This document shows, in pieces, positions 53,401 to 64,000 of a stretch of 64,000 nucleotides of DNA. A program made the position numbers and the translations under genes. The notes under the pieces are model-generated. The model was not told where the DNA came from, searched no databases, and worked only from the letters and a program-made list of their open reading frames with translations. How positions within the stretch are numbered: the stretch's first letter is position 1; every line of letters starts with the position of its first letter. Source of the DNA: Patellaria atrata CBS 101060 (Eukaryota); contig MU006104.1 in assembly GCA_010093705.1 (NCBI GenBank), positions 186,001 through 250,000 of the forward strand, in the 5' to 3' direction.

Positions 53401-56400
53401 TAATGTTGGAAATTATCTCATTCGCCCCCCTCCACCAACAAGTCCCGATATCCATGTCGCTAACCGCCCGTGAAAGCCGTGATGATCCCCCAGACACAAC
53501 CTAATCAACCCCCGTCCAGATTCTCGATTTTACATCATGGTAGAGATGGTTTTGTACAACAATCTTCAATCTGTACTTATCCAACTTGCTCATATTCCCT
53601 TTCTTCCAGTAAGTACCGTACAAAAGGACCTCCAGTCTCACCGTTTTCTCTCACACAAGTATCATATTCAAAGGGCCTTGTTACATTATGAACATGCATC
53701 ATTGGAAAAGACATACTGTAGAGTCTATCTTGTTAAATTAAACCCTGGGATCTGACATCTCAAAACCCTCGCCTGATTCTTATATGTAATACTGTGTTCT
53801 ATAACGAGTACCTTCACTTATTCTCTAACTTAATGCTCAATATCTCCGCCTGGGCGTTAAGGAGATGAATCTACTCTTTGATGTGAGAATCTGTATTCTG
53901 CCGAATATCTTCAGGAAGGATTCATACTGATGTTCAACCGCATCACATTTGTCACACGCTTGTGGCGCCGGACCACGAGGTACATGTTGGAATGTTGCAC
54001 AGCGCGTACAAAAGCAACGTTCAGTAGTCAAGGGGAGAAATACCTTGGTGTTCTTGCTTGCTGAGTGCCTGACGATTATCGCATCTCATGGCCTTCGTGC
54101 CCCATGAGATGGCTTACGTCCGTTTTCGTGCGATGATTGGCCATCAAGCTGTTACGACTTCGTTTCAGAATTGGCGACACGCTTGCTGGGCCTTATTCTT
54201 CTCTCAGGAGCTCCAGCTCCAACTCCAGCCCTGGCATGATGGCATCACTCCCCTTGCAAAGTTGTAAGGATACAGAAGAGGATTGCTCTTCGAAGCTCCA
54301 GCCGTCAGAGGACAAATTCGATCCCCTCATGCAAAGAATCATAGTAGCCGTGCGGCTTGCAGAGAGGATGAGCACGCGAGGCTGTAGCCGAACTCGCTTT
54401 GAGCGAGAATCTTTTTCGACAGCCTCAAATGTTTAATTCTTTGAAGATACAGTATGGACATGCATAAAATCCTACAAAGTACAATCAACAATCACTTTCA
54501 TCAACTCCGCGGCCACCTGACTGATAAAAAAAAAAAAAAGAATCAAGCCAAAAATTTGTTGTCACGGTATGTGACTGCATATCCTTATTTGGCTAAGGCA
54601 GATTGAGCTGGAATCCCGACATACGAGAGAGGCGAGAGCTCCTTTTTGCTCCCGCGAATCCGGTTCAGCCGTCTGCTTACAAGAGTAACAAGACACTTGA
54701 GAGAGCTCGTGGTTACACAACATCAACTTCCTTTCTCGCCGACCCTTTTGGCGTTTTCCAGACTGTTCGGAAATTTCCCTGGCTCAATTGGGCTCCGATG
54801 AAGCTCACAGGAAAGGTGAGTGTACTATCCGGCAATAATCGTACTTTGTAGCGGATGAGCTGATGTCTCCTATCTCTTCTTTTCAATTGTCTAATGATAA
54901 GCATTACACTTTTACATCTATAACCTTCCGTCTGAGGTGCATTCAGGCACTGCATAACAAATGTGCAGGACGCAGTTATCACAACTACAGTCCCAGATAA
55001 CAAAATATCTCAGCCCCCAATAATGCTGCAGCTTGGAACGATCAGTCCGAAAGTCAGGTTGATTTCCTAAGTTTCGTAATACCTTCTGAATCACAAAAGT
55101 CTGTCCTCTTTCTCAACCTTTAACCCTTGTCTTCCTTTGCAAGGCCGACCATCCCTCGGATGATGAGGGGTTTTGTGGAGGTAATACCGGCTCTTGCATG
55201 GCACTGTACTCCTTGGAAAAACGCCGGAGAGGGGACTTACGATGTTGTACCTTTATAGTGAGTACTATCCTAAATCTTAATATAGCAATTCATAGAGAAT
55301 GCACTATACAGCAGCATTGCGTCTTCTCATCTACACTTGGATTGCTAAATCGGCAAATCTCCTCATTTCCATTTGAATCTTTCAATTCTCATTACGTTCC
55401 ATGATCGTCATCATGTTGAGCTTTTGAGCCGTTTTAAGTATCTATCACTGCGGGGTTCAAAGCGTTCTTACATTACCATAAGTCAGACCAGACCATTCCC
55501 AAACTCCTCGATAACGTCAAGACATGCTTATCTCAACACTGCTCGCTTTTGACAGCCTATCTTGAGCGTGAAATCTCTCGTCACTGGTATCTCCTTCCAT
55601 TAAAGCAATATCAGAACACGGATTAGGAATGCTTCGCTGGCATATGCCCCCAATATTCAGACAGGGCTAACCTTACCTTCACACCCTCAGGAACTTCCAT
55701 AAGGCGAAACTAGGTACCCTACTTCAATCTGCCTAGGATGGGTATTGCTAACGTCAATTTTGTCTCCACGATGATACCGTTACAACGGATCAATATGTCC
55801 ATTATCGAGTGCGACCACCTGCGGAAGATGGTACAAGGATCATACTGACCCCACTTTTCAAAGCATTCAACTCAGAAGAGTGAACGGTTTTTGTTACGCC
55901 TTATACCGGAGACCCCGATCGGACATATTTGATGCCAGAAGGACAAATCTACGACTATCTATTAGGTCGCCGAAGCTTGGTGTTCGGGACATGATACGCT
56001 ACGAGGAATAAGTATCAACCAGACCGTTGTCCGGTGTGCCCTTTCTCTTAGACATTTTGTACTACCCATTTTGCTTGTATGACCTATATAGTACTTTGTA
56101 AGGGGACTCAAGGTAAGCAGCATTAGGTAGCAGTCTTGTTCTTAGGGGCCAATAGGGGATTTAACCGTTGGGTGACGGTGATACCACTCAGGCGGCCGTT
56201 AGCCCGTAACTGAGTACGTTCGAAGGACAGATTCACCGTCTCTGGGGGTTTTTTTTTTTTTTTCGATTAGTCTGGTGCAAACATCCATCCATCTTGTCAC
56301 CATAGGCTAGTTACAGATCCCCGCCTACCGTATCATATCCCTTCAGCACATGGGTGCCGCGGCATTTCCATTCTCATCGCTTCTGATGCTGAATGATATC

Positions 56401-57083
56401 GAATAGATACCATACTTGTATCATGTTCAATCCAAAGATCTGGTTCGACTATAAGGCTTCATGACAGATAGTCAGCGTAACAATCTGAAACCGGGTGAGG
56501 AACGTGATAGAGGAACTTGTGCTTCTTTGTCTTCTAGCATACTCTGTCAGAAAACTTGGGGAAGTTTGTCGGTGTCATAGTGAAGTTTGGCAAAGCCATG
56601 TTGATGTTGTATCATATCTTCCTGTGCCTATCACTATGGAAATATCGAAGTACACCATAAATGATTAGGTGTTCACCCACCAAACTTACTGAGTATGGGG
56701 CCTAGTGCGAAGCATGAGTAACAAAATCCTTATATAATCACTCGCGTAACCTGAAATCCCCAAATTCAATTGCTCAACCTCATAAGAGGGTGATAATCGT
56801 TATCACACAATCTAGCCCTCAGATATTCCTCTCATACTATACCTTAATCATTCTAAATAGTCCCATTGGCTAATGATACCATCAAAACGTGCCATAACTC
56901 CTTGAAATCACAAACCCCCAATCGGCTTCATCACCCGAAGCCCGAAGTCCAAGCTCCATCAAACCTCCCAAAAACCCGATCCAACATCCCGAAAGTTCTC
57001 AAAAAATAAAAATAAAAATATTCATTCCAACTCAAGCCCAACCCACCATCTCACACCCACCGCGCATCAAAAGCAACTCTAGA

Positions 57084-57879
57084 ATGCTCTGCACCCGCTG
57101 TCTCCTCCGCGCCTCCTCGCGGCCCTCACCCTCCCTCCTCCGCACCCTCGCAACCTCCACCGCGACGAACACGCCCAGTCCCGCGACATCGACGTCGGCC
57201 GCGCAGCCGTTCAGCACACCCCTATCGCCCTCGCCGCCTGCTAGTCTAGGGGATCCTGCTCCTCAGGGGGCAAATAAACCCGGGAAAGAAAAGAAAGGCA
57301 AGGGCAAAGGACACGCGACGGTACAGTCGTCGTGTCCGGCGGGGACAGTGCTGAAGGGCCTGAATTTCGTCAAGGGCAAGGCGGATCCGGTCGCGGGCGA
57401 GGATGGGGAGTACCCCGCTTGGCTTTGGGGGGTGTTGAAGGAGGGGGAGAGGAGGGGGGAGGGGGAGGGGGATTTGTTCTGTGAGTTCTGACTTTTCCTT
57501 TCTACTAGCGGGTGTGTCTCACTCTCTCCGATTTTTTTTGGGTTGAGGAGGTGTGGCTTGGTTTGTGTTTGAGCGGGGATCGAGTATAAGGATGAATATG
57601 TTTTGGTATCACTGATACGGATACTGACGACGAACAGCGAAATCAAAAAAACAACGCCGTATTGCCGCGAAGAGGCTCCGGAAGCAGGCGCTGCTGAACC
57701 CGGATAGCTTGGTCCCGAAAGTGCCGGTGTACGAGCAGAGCATCGATCTCGAGGCTGGAGACGGGACAACGCAGGGGGCCGGCAAGGCCATGGAGGCGAG
57801 AGAGGGGTTAACTAAGGCTATGAGGGATAAGCGCCGCGCGACGATTAAGGAGGCTAATTTTTTGAAGGCGATGGGATAG
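57084..57879 (+). CDS. MRPL37: Mitochondrial large-subunit ribosomal protein L37 (mL54)
   Basis: [34 protein letters not shown]; intron 57481-57637; ends [15 protein letters not shown]. Confidence 0.9.
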
Positions 57880-59995
57880 ATCTGGGGTTGGAGGAATGGG
57901 CGGGTGACGGAGGGGAGACTGCGGAGGAGGGGGTTGTATGATATATGTGTGGGATTTGATGGGAGCGCGTGGTGTACAGATGCAGATACAGATAGGAGAA
58001 TCGGGGGTTGTACAGTATATTGGTACGGCACTGGGAAATAGCATAGCATAGCATACCGAACCTTTCAAGGGTGCGTACACATTTTCTACCATCGATTTCC
58101 AGCCGCAAATTATACGGTTCGGTACGATACAGTACACAGCGCTCCAAGGGGCAAGGCATCGATGAACTTAACTCACCAAACGCATATAGTTCTATAAAAT
58201 CCCATCTTCAAACACATCACCCGAACCTAGTATAGTCCAATATACGCCTCCTATACCAACCTCCCCTATCCGCCACAGCATTCCAAAATACCCAACAGAC
58301 CCCAAAACCCAGAATCAAAGCACGGCACGATTGACACATACGAAAAACACCGCAACGTAACCCCCAACCCGATCGGCCCTCCCCGTTCAAGACATAGCCC
58401 CACACATATGACCGCAAAACCCCCTCTGTCTCATCATCCATAACCCTGATCAAGCTCCTCTGATTGTTCTGATATACACGGGACGCTGGACGCCTATCTC
58501 TCCACCAGATACGATGGCGGACGCAGCTCTTCTTTTCCCCAACAGAAATACAGTCGTCTCGGAGTGCCCGCTGCAGACTACAGTTCCCCTTGCCTTTCTA
58601 GAGAAATAAGGGAAGTGCGTGGTTCCTGCTCGTGTTATAAAGACTGGGGGCTTGAGGGTTTGCTGGGGGTTGGTAGGGGGGAGTTTTGTGGACGAGGAGG
58701 TGAGGGGAAAACTAGAGCGGAGGTGAATGGGATGGTTATGCGGTGTTTGACGTTGGGGTGGTATATGCACTCGAGGGAAGGGGGGGAACCGAGGTGCGCG
58801 TCGTCTTGGATTAACTAGGTATGTGGTTGATATTTGGTCTAGGGGGGATGTCAAAGACTGCGCGTTCAACCCGTCTGATGAGGATATCGGGGAAAAGAAC
58901 GGACATATTTAGGAAGGCGGGGAGTTGGGTAGGCTGGTATAGTTGTTATTTGTACGGGCTGTGGAACAGTGGTTGCGTATTAGGTTGATGTCCGGTCAAG
59001 TTATACCCCTATGTTAGTATATTTATGACGAATGTGATAACATATTTCCAGTACTAGCTCGGGGGATGTCGAAGACGCGTTGGTATGCGGACACGACTTA
59101 CTATCATCGGTACTTTCGTAAGACATTAGTAAAGGGGACTGCTACTGCGTGTTGAATTACGTTTACGAAGTATATTTAAGGAAGGATTGAATTTACTGCT
59201 TCAGGAGGGGACTGCCTGGGAAGCTTTACTGAAGGAGGCTTTACCCTGACTCCTCAGAAAAGCATCTGTTTTCTTAACATGATGATAGAGGAATGTCAGA
59301 CCCGGCTCATTGTTCGATTTCCCGCTTCCTATGTGCCCAAGTCGTTAGGTTTTGTCACCGTTTGGCTATGAAATTATTTTTTTTGACGGGGGGAAATCAG
59401 TAATAGTAAGCCCAAACAAGGTAAAAGAAAAATCACGGTATTCATACCGTAGACTTCTACTAGTAGCGACTTGAGGGGGATATTAGCCCCTATTTCTGAC
59501 CCCCAGAAAGCATAACCTAGATACCTGGTACAATTTTCGAACATATGTCTGCACCCAATAGAGGTATCTGAGAAGCAGTCTGTCATCAGCAAAGTTTCCC
59601 AGTTTTGATTTCAACGTGAAGCAAGTTTCAGCTGTAAGTGGTCCACAATCAAGTAAACAGAATAAGTGACGTTCGAATTGACGTCTACCTACCGTCTACC
59701 CCTCCATATCGAAGCCACTGAGAGGCGTAAGCTGCCCCACACCAGCTCCGTGATCAACGTCATCCCGCCCGCAGATCAGGGACCCGCCACCCAGGTAACG
59801 TACAGTATATATACGACTCATTATCAAGTTTTCTGGATACTCTTCTTCAACGCAAAGACTTCATAAAAGGACTTGAGGAATACTCCTAATCAAACAACTG
59901 AAGTGAGTAGGATTACTCTTACCCCTTAACCCCCCCTTTTTCTTGAACTTCAGGAGCTTGCTTTGACCTCTTTATAGCTCTACAAAAAGCAGGCA

Positions 59996-61228
59996 ATGTC
60001 ATATAACGACGACTACGACCGCCGCGGTGACCGCGGTGGGCGGGATGAATATCACACTGGCCGTGACGAGGGCTACTCTGGCCGCTCAGAAGGTTATCAG
60101 GGTGGTAGGGCCGCTGATAAATTTGAAGAGCAAGGAAGGGGTTTTGAAAGACGTGATGAGGGTTATGGGGGGGAAAGGAGAGGCGAGCATCATGGTGGAC
60201 GTGAAGAAGGCTATAGTGGAGAGAGGAGGGGTGAACACTATGGTGGACGCGGGGATGAGTACGGGGAGCGACGTGGAGACAACTATGGAGGAGAAAGGTC
60301 TGACGAGTATGGTGAACGCCGCGGAGACAACCATAGCGGCGGCCGATCTGATCACTACGAAGGCGGCCGTTCAGACAGCTACGGTGGTGGCCGCTCTGAT
60401 AATTATGGAGGCACCCGATCCGACAATTATCAAGGAGGTCGCTCAGACACTCTTGGAGGAAGCAACACCCGCGCCGAGCATGAACCAGGCTACGACCAAC
60501 GCCGCGAAGAACTTCGTGAACACGGCAATACAGGTTTTGGCTCTCGCACCTCTGCCGACCCACTTTATGGCGGCGGCGGCAGCCAGGGAGATAATTACTA
60601 CGATAAGTCCAAACGCTTCGACGATGAACCGTCTCGCACTAGCGGCAGTGACAATTACGGTGCATCAACCGGTACCTCCTATGGTGGTGGCGGATACGGC
60701 GGTAGTGATGACTTCTCCGGCGCTGAGGACCAAGCATCCCGTGAAGCCGGTGATAGTGCTGATCGAAGTTTATTCAGCTCCGCACTCGGGATGCTTGCGG
60801 GCCGCAAGAGCAATCTCGAGAACGAAGACATCGACGAGGATGACGCGGTACAGCAGCATCAGAAGCTGTATGGGTCCCACGGCTCCTCTTCCCAGGCGAG
60901 CTCAAATAACCTCGGTGCGGCCGCGGCGATGCAGGCGCTGAAGATGTTCACGAGCGGTTCCTCCAGTGGAGACGCAAAACAGAGTGGGAACCAGAACCAG
61001 TTTGTCGGCATGGCGATGGGACAGGCGGCCAAGTTGTTCGATCAACAGAGTGCCCAGGGGAACACAACGCAGGGCGCCACGAAGCAGGATGCCATCATGA
61101 AGGCGGGTGAGTTTGCTCTGAAGATGTATCTGAAGAGTGAGATGGGCGGCGGTGCGGCCCCTTCTGGTGGAGCGAGCGGTGGTGGTCCGGGTGGTTTGTT
61201 AGGTTTGGCGAGCAAGTTTTTGAAGTAG
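59996..61228 (+). CDS. Glycine-rich repeat protein with a conserved-looking C-terminal domain (DUF7721-like)
   Basis: 410-aa ORF; N-terminal RRGExYGG/GGRSDxY repeats; C-terminal LGAAAAMQALKMF...GMAMGQAAKLFDQQ. Confidence 0.8.
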   Translation: MSYNDDYDRRGDRGGRDEYHTGRDEGYSGRSEGYQGGRAADKFEEQGRGFERRDEGYGGERRGEHHGGREEGYSGERRGEHYGGRGDEYGERRGDNYGGERSDEYGERRGDNHSGGRSDHYEGGRSDSYGGGRSDNYGGTRSDNYQGGRSDTLGGSNTRAEHEPGYDQRREELREHGNTGFGSRTSADPLYGGGGSQGDNYYDKSKRFDDEPSRTSGSDNYGASTGTSYGGGGYGGSDDFSGAEDQASREAGDSADRSLFSSALGMLAGRKSNLENEDIDEDDAVQQHQKLYGSHGSSSQASSNNLGAAAAMQALKMFTSGSSSGDAKQSGNQNQFVGMAMGQAAKLFDQQSAQGNTTQGATKQDAIMKAGEFALKMYLKSEMGGGAAPSGGASGGGPGGLLGLASKFLK

Positions 61229-61727
61229 GGAGTGATGTAAGAAGCCCTTGCTGCAATCGAGATTATGGAACCTTGTGAAAATCGGGAAAAGTTATGTGTT
61301 TATGTATTTATGGCCGAGGTTGATATCTAGAATCTGAGAATAGATATGTTGTCCTTCTGACATCTAGCCATCACAGGTTACTGTGCTGCGCATTAATTGT
61401 CCAGATATTCTTGAGCCTGCGAAGTCTAATCGTCTTATAGAGTTTAAAACGGAAAGAAAGTTAGCATATTAAAAGCCAAAAGTGTTATGAGAGGGGGCAT
61501 ACCTGTTTGATATATCTCTGATTATCTGGACTCACGCATCGTATAAAACGTGTAGAGAGCTGGATTGCCACCCATTCCAGCTGAGCCGAAAGGTACAAGA
61601 ATAGTATTATCATTTTTCAAGACTATGCTTTGTATGAGGGTATCAAAAGTCTAAAATCATAATCAATAGTACCTATGCTACTCTAAGAGTCTAGCAGAAC
61701 CTCCTCTTGGGCTCCAAAATATCAAGT

Positions 61728-63410
61728 CTACTCATCCCACTCCAAGAGTCCAGCAGTCCTCTTTTTAAGCTCCAGATTCGCCTTAGCTGTTTGCATCTTC
61801 TGAGAAATCCTCTCTTTCAGCAACGGATTCGTCTGTGCTTTCAGCTGAACCTCCATCTGACTAATCTCCCGTTCCAACTCTTCGATTTCTTCCCTCGCTG
61901 CAGCCTCATGAGCCTGCTTCTCTAGAGTTTCCTCATCTACTTCCTCGTCTTGATCTTCATCCTCGTCTTCGTCGTCATCTTCTGATGTAGTACCCGCTTG
62001 AGCGGGGGACGGAGTGGCTTCTTCTAGAATGAAAGAGCCCGTAGTGCTGGGAAGTGTGTGGAAATTTGTTTCGGGATTGGGAGTTTCGACTGAAAGAGTG
62101 ACAGTTTCGGCGCTCGCTATATTTTCATCGTCTCCCTCTGCGAGCGCATCTTCCATGAATGCTTCCAAGTCAACTTCCCCTTCATCATCCACCTCACCTT
62201 CTGCGTCTGCCATACTGAAATCGCCGTCATCATATTCCCCTTCTGCATCTTCCTCGTGCACAGACTCCTCATTCTCACGATGTTTATCAATAATGGTAAA
62301 GGTTGTTGTGCCGTTAGATTGTGCGGCATTCTCATCTAGTTCTAAGAGGCGCTCGACTTCGTTTTCGACGGCCTCAATAGTACGAAAGCTGACTCGCTTG
62401 CGGAAACGACGTTTGCGAACGAAGCGCATCGGCGGTGTAAGACCGTGCGGGTACTGATACGTTTCACGGTCGATTTCCCTCGGAAGCTCCTTAGTCATCA
62501 CATCACTTTCCTGGTTTACACGACCAATGACCAGTAGCATCTGGCAGATATCTGTTGTCTTCCACCACCCTCTCCTATCCCAGCTCTTCATACCTTCAAT
62601 AACGCAAGGCAAGTCCACAAGACAAGCAGCATACACGTTTCCTCGAACATGGATTGCAACGCGACGGCCCTCACGGTCGTAGAATCGCATAGATATATCA
62701 GCCCCACCTTCTCTCGCGGGGATACCAATCTTCTTGTCTGCGATAGCTTGTCTTATATAATCGCAATCATCACCCGGCTCCATACGCAAGATGAATGCAC
62801 TTTCAATTGCGGGGTCATCCTCGACATCCTCCGCTTCACTGTCGTAGCCTACGCCCAAAGGCCGTACCGGTGGTGCACCCGTCCGCTTGATTTTGATGAT
62901 CTTAGGAATCTTCTCCTTCGGATTCCTAACCTTGAGAACTACCGACCGATTCCGCGGCGGTAGAGTTGAATCAGGTGCGACCGTAATCTCCTCTCCCACG
63001 TTTAATGATGTGGGTGACTCTACCGTTATGGCTTGTCGCTTCGCTGATATACTTCCATCGGCGTCTTCGCGGGCACGTTTCTTCGACTGTTTTTTCTCTT
63101 TGGGTGGTGGGGCCTCGCCCGACTCAATTTGTTTAAGCTTGTCTGCCTTCTTTGTGTACTTTCGCTTCTCCTTCTTCGCTGGTGTCGCCCCCTCGAGGAT
63201 AGGTTGAGCTTGCTCAACCGTTGGTGTAGCTGTGGTTTTTAGTTTGAGCCGAATGCCCCCGCCTGGTGTCTGGACTGCATTTGCTAATTGTGGTTCGGAT
63301 GCTGACGCTCCCGCCACTCCAGCGTTGGTTTTGATTTTGAGCTTCAACATTGGTGGATTCATCTTAGGTAAATTCGGAGGAGGATCTGAAGATTGGTTCG
63401 GAGTAGACAT
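61728..63410 (-). CDS. TAF7: TFIID subunit Taf7 (TAFII55 N-terminal domain)
   Basis: IESAFILRM, LVDLPCVIEGMKSWD, DICQMLLV, YPHGLTPPMRFVRKRRFRKR. Confidence 0.93.
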   Translation of the reverse strand: MSTPNQSSDPPPNLPKMNPPMLKLKIKTNAGVAGASASEPQLANAVQTPGGGIRLKLKTTATPTVEQAQPILEGATPAKKEKRKYTKKADKLKQIESGEAPPPKEKKQSKKRAREDADGSISAKRQAITVESPTSLNVGEEITVAPDSTLPPRNRSVVLKVRNPKEKIPKIIKIKRTGAPPVRPLGVGYDSEAEDVEDDPAIESAFILRMEPGDDCDYIRQAIADKKIGIPAREGGADISMRFYDREGRRVAIHVRGNVYAACLVDLPCVIEGMKSWDRRGWWKTTDICQMLLVIGRVNQESDVMTKELPREIDRETYQYPHGLTPPMRFVRKRRFRKRVSFRTIEAVENEVERLLELDENAAQSNGTTTFTIIDKHRENEESVHEEDAEGEYDDGDFSMADAEGEVDDEGEVDLEAFMEDALAEGDDENIASAETVTLSVETPNPETNFHTLPSTTGSFILEEATPSPAQAGTTSEDDDEDEDEDQDEEVDEETLEKQAHEAAAREEIEELEREISQMEVQLKAQTNPLLKERISQKMQTAKANLELKKRTAGLLEWDE

Positions 63411-63806
63411 GGTTGAGAGCGCGAAAGGAAAGGAGTGTTGTTTTCTGAGATGGAAAGCGCGCTAGATAACGATATGATATCTGCTCTGAACGTAGGATAT
63501 GGTGATTTGGGAATTTCGTAGGCGCAAGGAAAGAGAGGTAGTCGTGAAGCAACGCGGAAGTTTCCGCTCCGAGGAATGTCAGTCACCTTGTCACCAAGCT
63601 CCACGTCCAAGCACAATCACTTTTGAGAAATTGAGCTTCACAGCAACGTCAATCAAATTCTGATTGGCAGTTCTATCTTTCCCTGAAAACGATGCCTCGA
63701 CCCAAAGAACCGCAGACACGTTAATCTCTCTTGTCCACCATCCAAGTTCTACGAATCGAACCAGGACCTCGGGATAATAATCATAAAGCATCTCAGAAGC
63801 TTCACC

Positions 63807-64000
63807 ATGTCGACAGACGCCTCCGCGCATCTCCTGCACATAGCTCTCCTCCGACCCGCCATCCTTCACATTCTACGTGCCGCCGGCTTCCACGCATGTC
63901 GGCCTTCCGTCCTCGACACGCTTACTGATATCGCCGCACGCTACCTATTGCTGCTGGGGAGCACGACTGCGCAGCACGCGCTAAACAACCACAACACGGA
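63807..64000 (+). CDS. TAF3: TFIID subunit Taf3 (bromodomain-associated histone fold), partial
   Basis: ALLRPAILHILRAAGFHACRPSVLDTLTDIAARYLLLLG; runs off the window. Confidence 0.8.
   Translation, partial: MSTDASAHLLHIALLRPAILHILRAAGFHACRPSVLDTLTDIAARYLLLLGSTTAQHALNNHNT

Noticed and set aside
56174..56240. tRNA or twister/hammerhead ribozyme reading of the stem-loop
   Set aside because: T arm does not pair, and ribozyme core nucleotides and pseudoknot partners are missing; kept only as an unclassified structure
60027..60941. 304-aa overlapping alternative-frame ORF
   Set aside because: Explained by stop-poor repetitive codons of the main ORF; no recognisable protein features

Overview
A gene-dense, intron-rich window from a filamentous ascomycete (Pezizomycotina; class not determined), with short GT-AG introns and CTRAC branch points. 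About 26 protein genes can be assembled by hand. Housekeeping genes: AMS1, CYS3, RPS15, RPP2, SPT2, Borealin/Nbl1, RPN10, TRS23, a UBE2Z-like E2, ERG26, a PX protein, a GBBH/TauD dioxygenase, TPC1, hapB, MRPL37, TAF7 and TAF3. Others: a secreted GH3 glucosidase, a Zn2Cys6 factor and several hypothetical repeat proteins. There is one 225-nt N gap. I found no tRNA, rRNA, CRISPR array or intact transposon, and no clearly novel multi-gene system. The best leads are: recurrent sharp C-rich to G-rich strand-skew switches; a GH3 enzyme with substituted -1 subsite residues; a WG/GW-rich disordered protein; a structured RNA-like element ending in T15 inside a 5-kb gene-poor stretch; a long, spliced, AUG-depleted hapB leader; three GC-AG introns; and an SMP/LEA-like gene whose repeats match duplicated exon-intron units. 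All splice models and family calls are by eye and from recall; no searches were run.
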